Made by a program: the position numbers and the translations under genes. This document shows, piece by piece, positions 57,252 through 64,000 of a stretch of DNA of 64,000 nucleotides. Under the pieces are notes generated by a model, which was not told the origin of the DNA, made no database searches, and saw only the letters and a program-made list of their open reading frames with translations. This DNA comes from the human T2T-CHM13v2.0 reference genome, Homo sapiens. How positions within the stretch are numbered: the stretch's first letter is position 1; each line of letters opens with the position of its first letter. The DNA is taken from the NCBI RefSeq assembly GCF_009914755.1, contig NC_060925.1; one strand, given 5' to 3'.

Positions 57252-58182
57252 TCATATGCTTTTTTGTTTTGGTTTGGTTTTTTTTACAGTTATCTCACTA
57301 AATATTCACTTAAAATAGACATCATCCATATTGTCTGCATAGCTTTGGCAGGACTTTGAGGCAGAAGGACTTGATAAGGCATACTGACCTTGAATTAAAT
57401 TTGCATCTTCCACAGGCAGCCTGCCCAGTTGTAAAGATTGAGCCTTCCAGGCGTGTTCTCTAATAATAGATCTAGGAAGCCCTAACAGGAGCAGAAGCAT
57501 TTGGAGGGCATCTCTTTCTCTAACCAACTCTCCCTGGAAGGGCTTACCCTCTTTTCCTCTGAATCTATTAAGAAAAAAAGTCACACCAAAGAAAAACATC
57601 TAATTTATTCGCTTCATAATGTATATTCTAAACATTTATTCAGAAATGTGCTACTGTTCGTATGTGAAGTGGCTGACCAAAATACATATTTAGAATTGTT
57701 TTCTTCTGCTCTTGATATATTCCTTTTTTATATCCTGTTTTCCTTGTGACTAAAAGCAGATGTTTTTAGAAGGCAGCTGGCTAGAATTAGGAATGCAGCC
57801 TGTAATTTAAGAAGTAACCTATTTAAAGGTTTTTGATTGGGTATAGAGAGTTCAAGAAACTAATTGGACTGTCTTGTGTTACTAGAAAATGTTTTATGGT
57901 AGCTAGTATTTTTTTTCACTTTTTTTCCATTGAGAGTTCCATTCCCATAACTTATATATTTCACTGATAGTAAACTTTATTGGACCATGTCTAATAATAA
58001 AAACAGGGAAATGGAAACTTTTTGTGAATTTCTTGGTTCACATTTTGCTAACAGAGGAAAAACTTTGTTATAATGCCGAATTATTCTTTAAGGAGCAAAG
58101 TATGTTCTGTATCTAAAGGAATGTTTATCCTCGGGGGCTCAAGGCATGTACAGAAGAGTTTTTGTTTAGGTTTGCCAACTAA

Positions 58183-58542
<360 letters not shown>

Positions 58543-58574
58543 GATTTACTTTACTTCTATTCATAACGGTCTTT

Positions 58575-61650
<3,076 letters not shown>

Positions 61651-61889
61651 AGATTTTTAACCAGTAAATAGATCGCTACTTTAACTTTACAAAGAAATTA
61701 ACTCTTCAACTTCTGGGGGTCCTTTCTGAGGATAGAAAATATAAGGAAATGTGAAAAACAAAGAACTACTGAGTTCATCATTATTATTGCTAACAATGAA
61801 TAAGCAACGTCAACATTAATTTTTGCCTTGCACAGAATATTGAAACAGAGCCTTCAAAAAAATAACAGTAATGAGTCTGGGCACAGTAC

Positions 61890-62180
61890 TGGGCATGGCT
61901 CACACCTGTAATCCCAGCACTTGTGGAGGCCAAGGTGGGAGGATTGCTTGAGGCCAGGAGTTCAAGACAAGCTTGGGCAACATAGCGAGACCCTGCATCC
62001 ACAAAAATAAAAGTTAAAAAATTAGCCTGGCATGGTGGTGCATGCCTCTAGTCCCAGTTTCTCAGGCGGCTGAGTTAGGAGGATTGCTTCAGCCCAGGGG
62101 TTTGAGGAGGCAGTGAGCTATGATCGTACCACTGCACTCCAGCCTAGGCGACAGAGTGAGACCCTGTCTCTAAAAAAATA
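61890..62180 (+). mobile_element. Alu (AluJ-like)
   Basis: Dimeric Alu; aaaaaataacagtaat duplicated on the flanks. Confidence 0.88.
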
Positions 62181-63289
62181 ACAGTAATAATGATGATGAT
62201 GTTAGGAGTGAGGGGTGGACTTACACTGTTTAATACTGTCCAAAGGAATATATCTCTAGGTTTAGAAATCATTTTCCTAGCAACTTGTGGGCTTTGTATA
62301 ATCTTGAGCAGAAACAGTTGACCTGATAGTTCAACTTTCTATCTGAGAGTGGAGGTAACAGTACCACTTGCAAAGCAAGCAGATACTCATTTTCATTGTA
62401 CTGTCTCAGCATTTCTTTAGAAACTTTATTTAGGCCACATCTCATTATAGTGAATTCCAAACTACTGACCACATTTGTGGATGGAATATTTCTCTTGCTT
62501 TTAAGTTTCTTTTTACAGTTTTCCCCTTTATAAAATGTGTCAAAATATACCTTTATTTTTTAGAATGTAAAATCTTGAATACAAGGAATTTTCAGACTGA
62601 AGAAGTATAGTACTCAGGCAACATATAGGAGTTCTAAGCATGGAATCCCCAAGCATAGAAGAAATTATTTTCATTTGTGAAAAGGCAGAGAATAAAAGAT
62701 TTCTGAGTTTAGGATGCCCACTCTGATAAGTTCATTCTCATCCTAATTCTTTACCAAAAGTCAACATTCGGGCATAACTCTTTTTCATGAATATCTTTCC
62801 CATTTTTTAATAAAACCTTTGGGTTCCTGTTATGGAAATTTACAATAAATCACTTTCAGAAGGCTATTTACTGCTCAACTGAAGAGATTGTTAAAATTAA
62901 GTGATATTGAACATAAAATGGAAATGTTCCATTTACTAAGCATTTAAAACCTTTTGATTATTGTAGCCAAACCATTATGTATACATCTCTTTTTGGAAAA
63001 TATTCTATATTTTGAAAAAGAAGCTGTGCTGCAAGAAGAGAATAGCCCACTTTAAAATAGAGCCGCCTGCATCCGGAACAGAAACCTTTTGGTGCTGTCG
63101 TTAAGGAAATCAACAGTATACAGACCAAATTATTGGTTGCAAACTGTATAAACAATGGGATTTCTCAATTGGAAAAGGCAATTTAAGTCCTAGAAGTTGG
63201 CTGCCAAGGAAACCACTACTTGGAGAAAGCCTAACAAAATTTTTATGTGAACTGGCGTGATACCTTGCAGTATTTTCCACTCTTTTTCT

Positions 63290-63510
63290 CTTTTTTTCTT
63301 TTTTTTTGAGACAGGGTCTCACTCAGTCGCTCAGGCTGGAGTGCAGTGTCACAATCACAGCTCACTGAAGCCTCGACCTCCTGGGCTCAGGTAATCAATC
63401 CTCCCATGTCAGCCTCCTGGGTAGCTGGGACTACAGGCACGCACCACCACTTCCAGCTAACTTTTTGTATTTTGTAGAAATGGGGTTTCACCATGTTGCC
63501 CAGGCTGGTC
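63290..63510 (-). mobile_element. Truncated Alu (AluJ-like)
   Basis: Poly-T, right arm and partial left arm. Confidence 0.82.
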
Positions 63511-63811
63511 TTTTTCTGTGAAAAGGGGGAGAAAGTAAGAGGATAGCAAGAAACTTAGAAATGCATCTCTTGTAAGGAGGCGAGGACTAGATTATTCTCT
63601 TTAGTTCCCCCAAATTTTTTATTGTGAAATTTTTTAAACCTTCCCAAAAAGTTGAAGGAAGAGTACAATCTGTATATACCCTTCATTCAGATGTACCAGT
63701 TTTTAACCTTTTGCTACATTTACTTTCTCTCACACCCGTCCTACACTCTGTCACACACAGATCACATAGAAAGTAAGTCACAAACATAGCAGTTCATCCC
63801 TAAATACTTTA

Positions 63812-64000
<189 letters not shown>

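Noticed and set aside
57306-57749. ORFs of 97 aa (minus) and 82 aa (plus) in apparently unique intronic DNA
   Set aside because: No recognisable domain or supporting splice structure; lengths are within chance expectation.

Overview
Primate DNA, almost certainly human, recognisable as the CATSPERE (C1orf101) - DESI2 (PPPDE1) locus, with both genes on the + strand. The window holds the last three coding exons of CATSPERE (1807-1964, 19750-19803, 24190-24343; single TM helix plus basic tail) and its 3' UTR. A ~12 kb repeat-rich intergenic interval follows, then the DESI2 CpG-island promoter with coding exon 1 (MGANQLVVLNVYDM, 37573-37614) and ~26 kb of DESI2 intron 1; exon 2 is not in the window. 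Most remaining sequence is interspersed repeat: about 30 Alus, L1, L2, MIR, MaLR/ERVL/ERV1 LTRs and internal fragments, a near full-length Tigger1, MER44 and MER1B. Nearly all ORFs in the supplied track are Alu/L1/Tigger/ERV artefacts. I found no convincing novel biological system. The best leads are the DESI2 promoter/5' leader (triple ZNF143/THAP11-type motif, antisense YY1/TISU-like start with a 32-aa ORF, a uORF and an open in-frame leader upstream of a Gly2 N-terminus), a multi-layer nested transposon stack with an apparent micro-inversion, a perfect 39-bp tandem duplication and closely spaced inverted AluY-like elements. Repeat subfamily names and many repeat boundaries come from recalled consensus sequences and are approximate.
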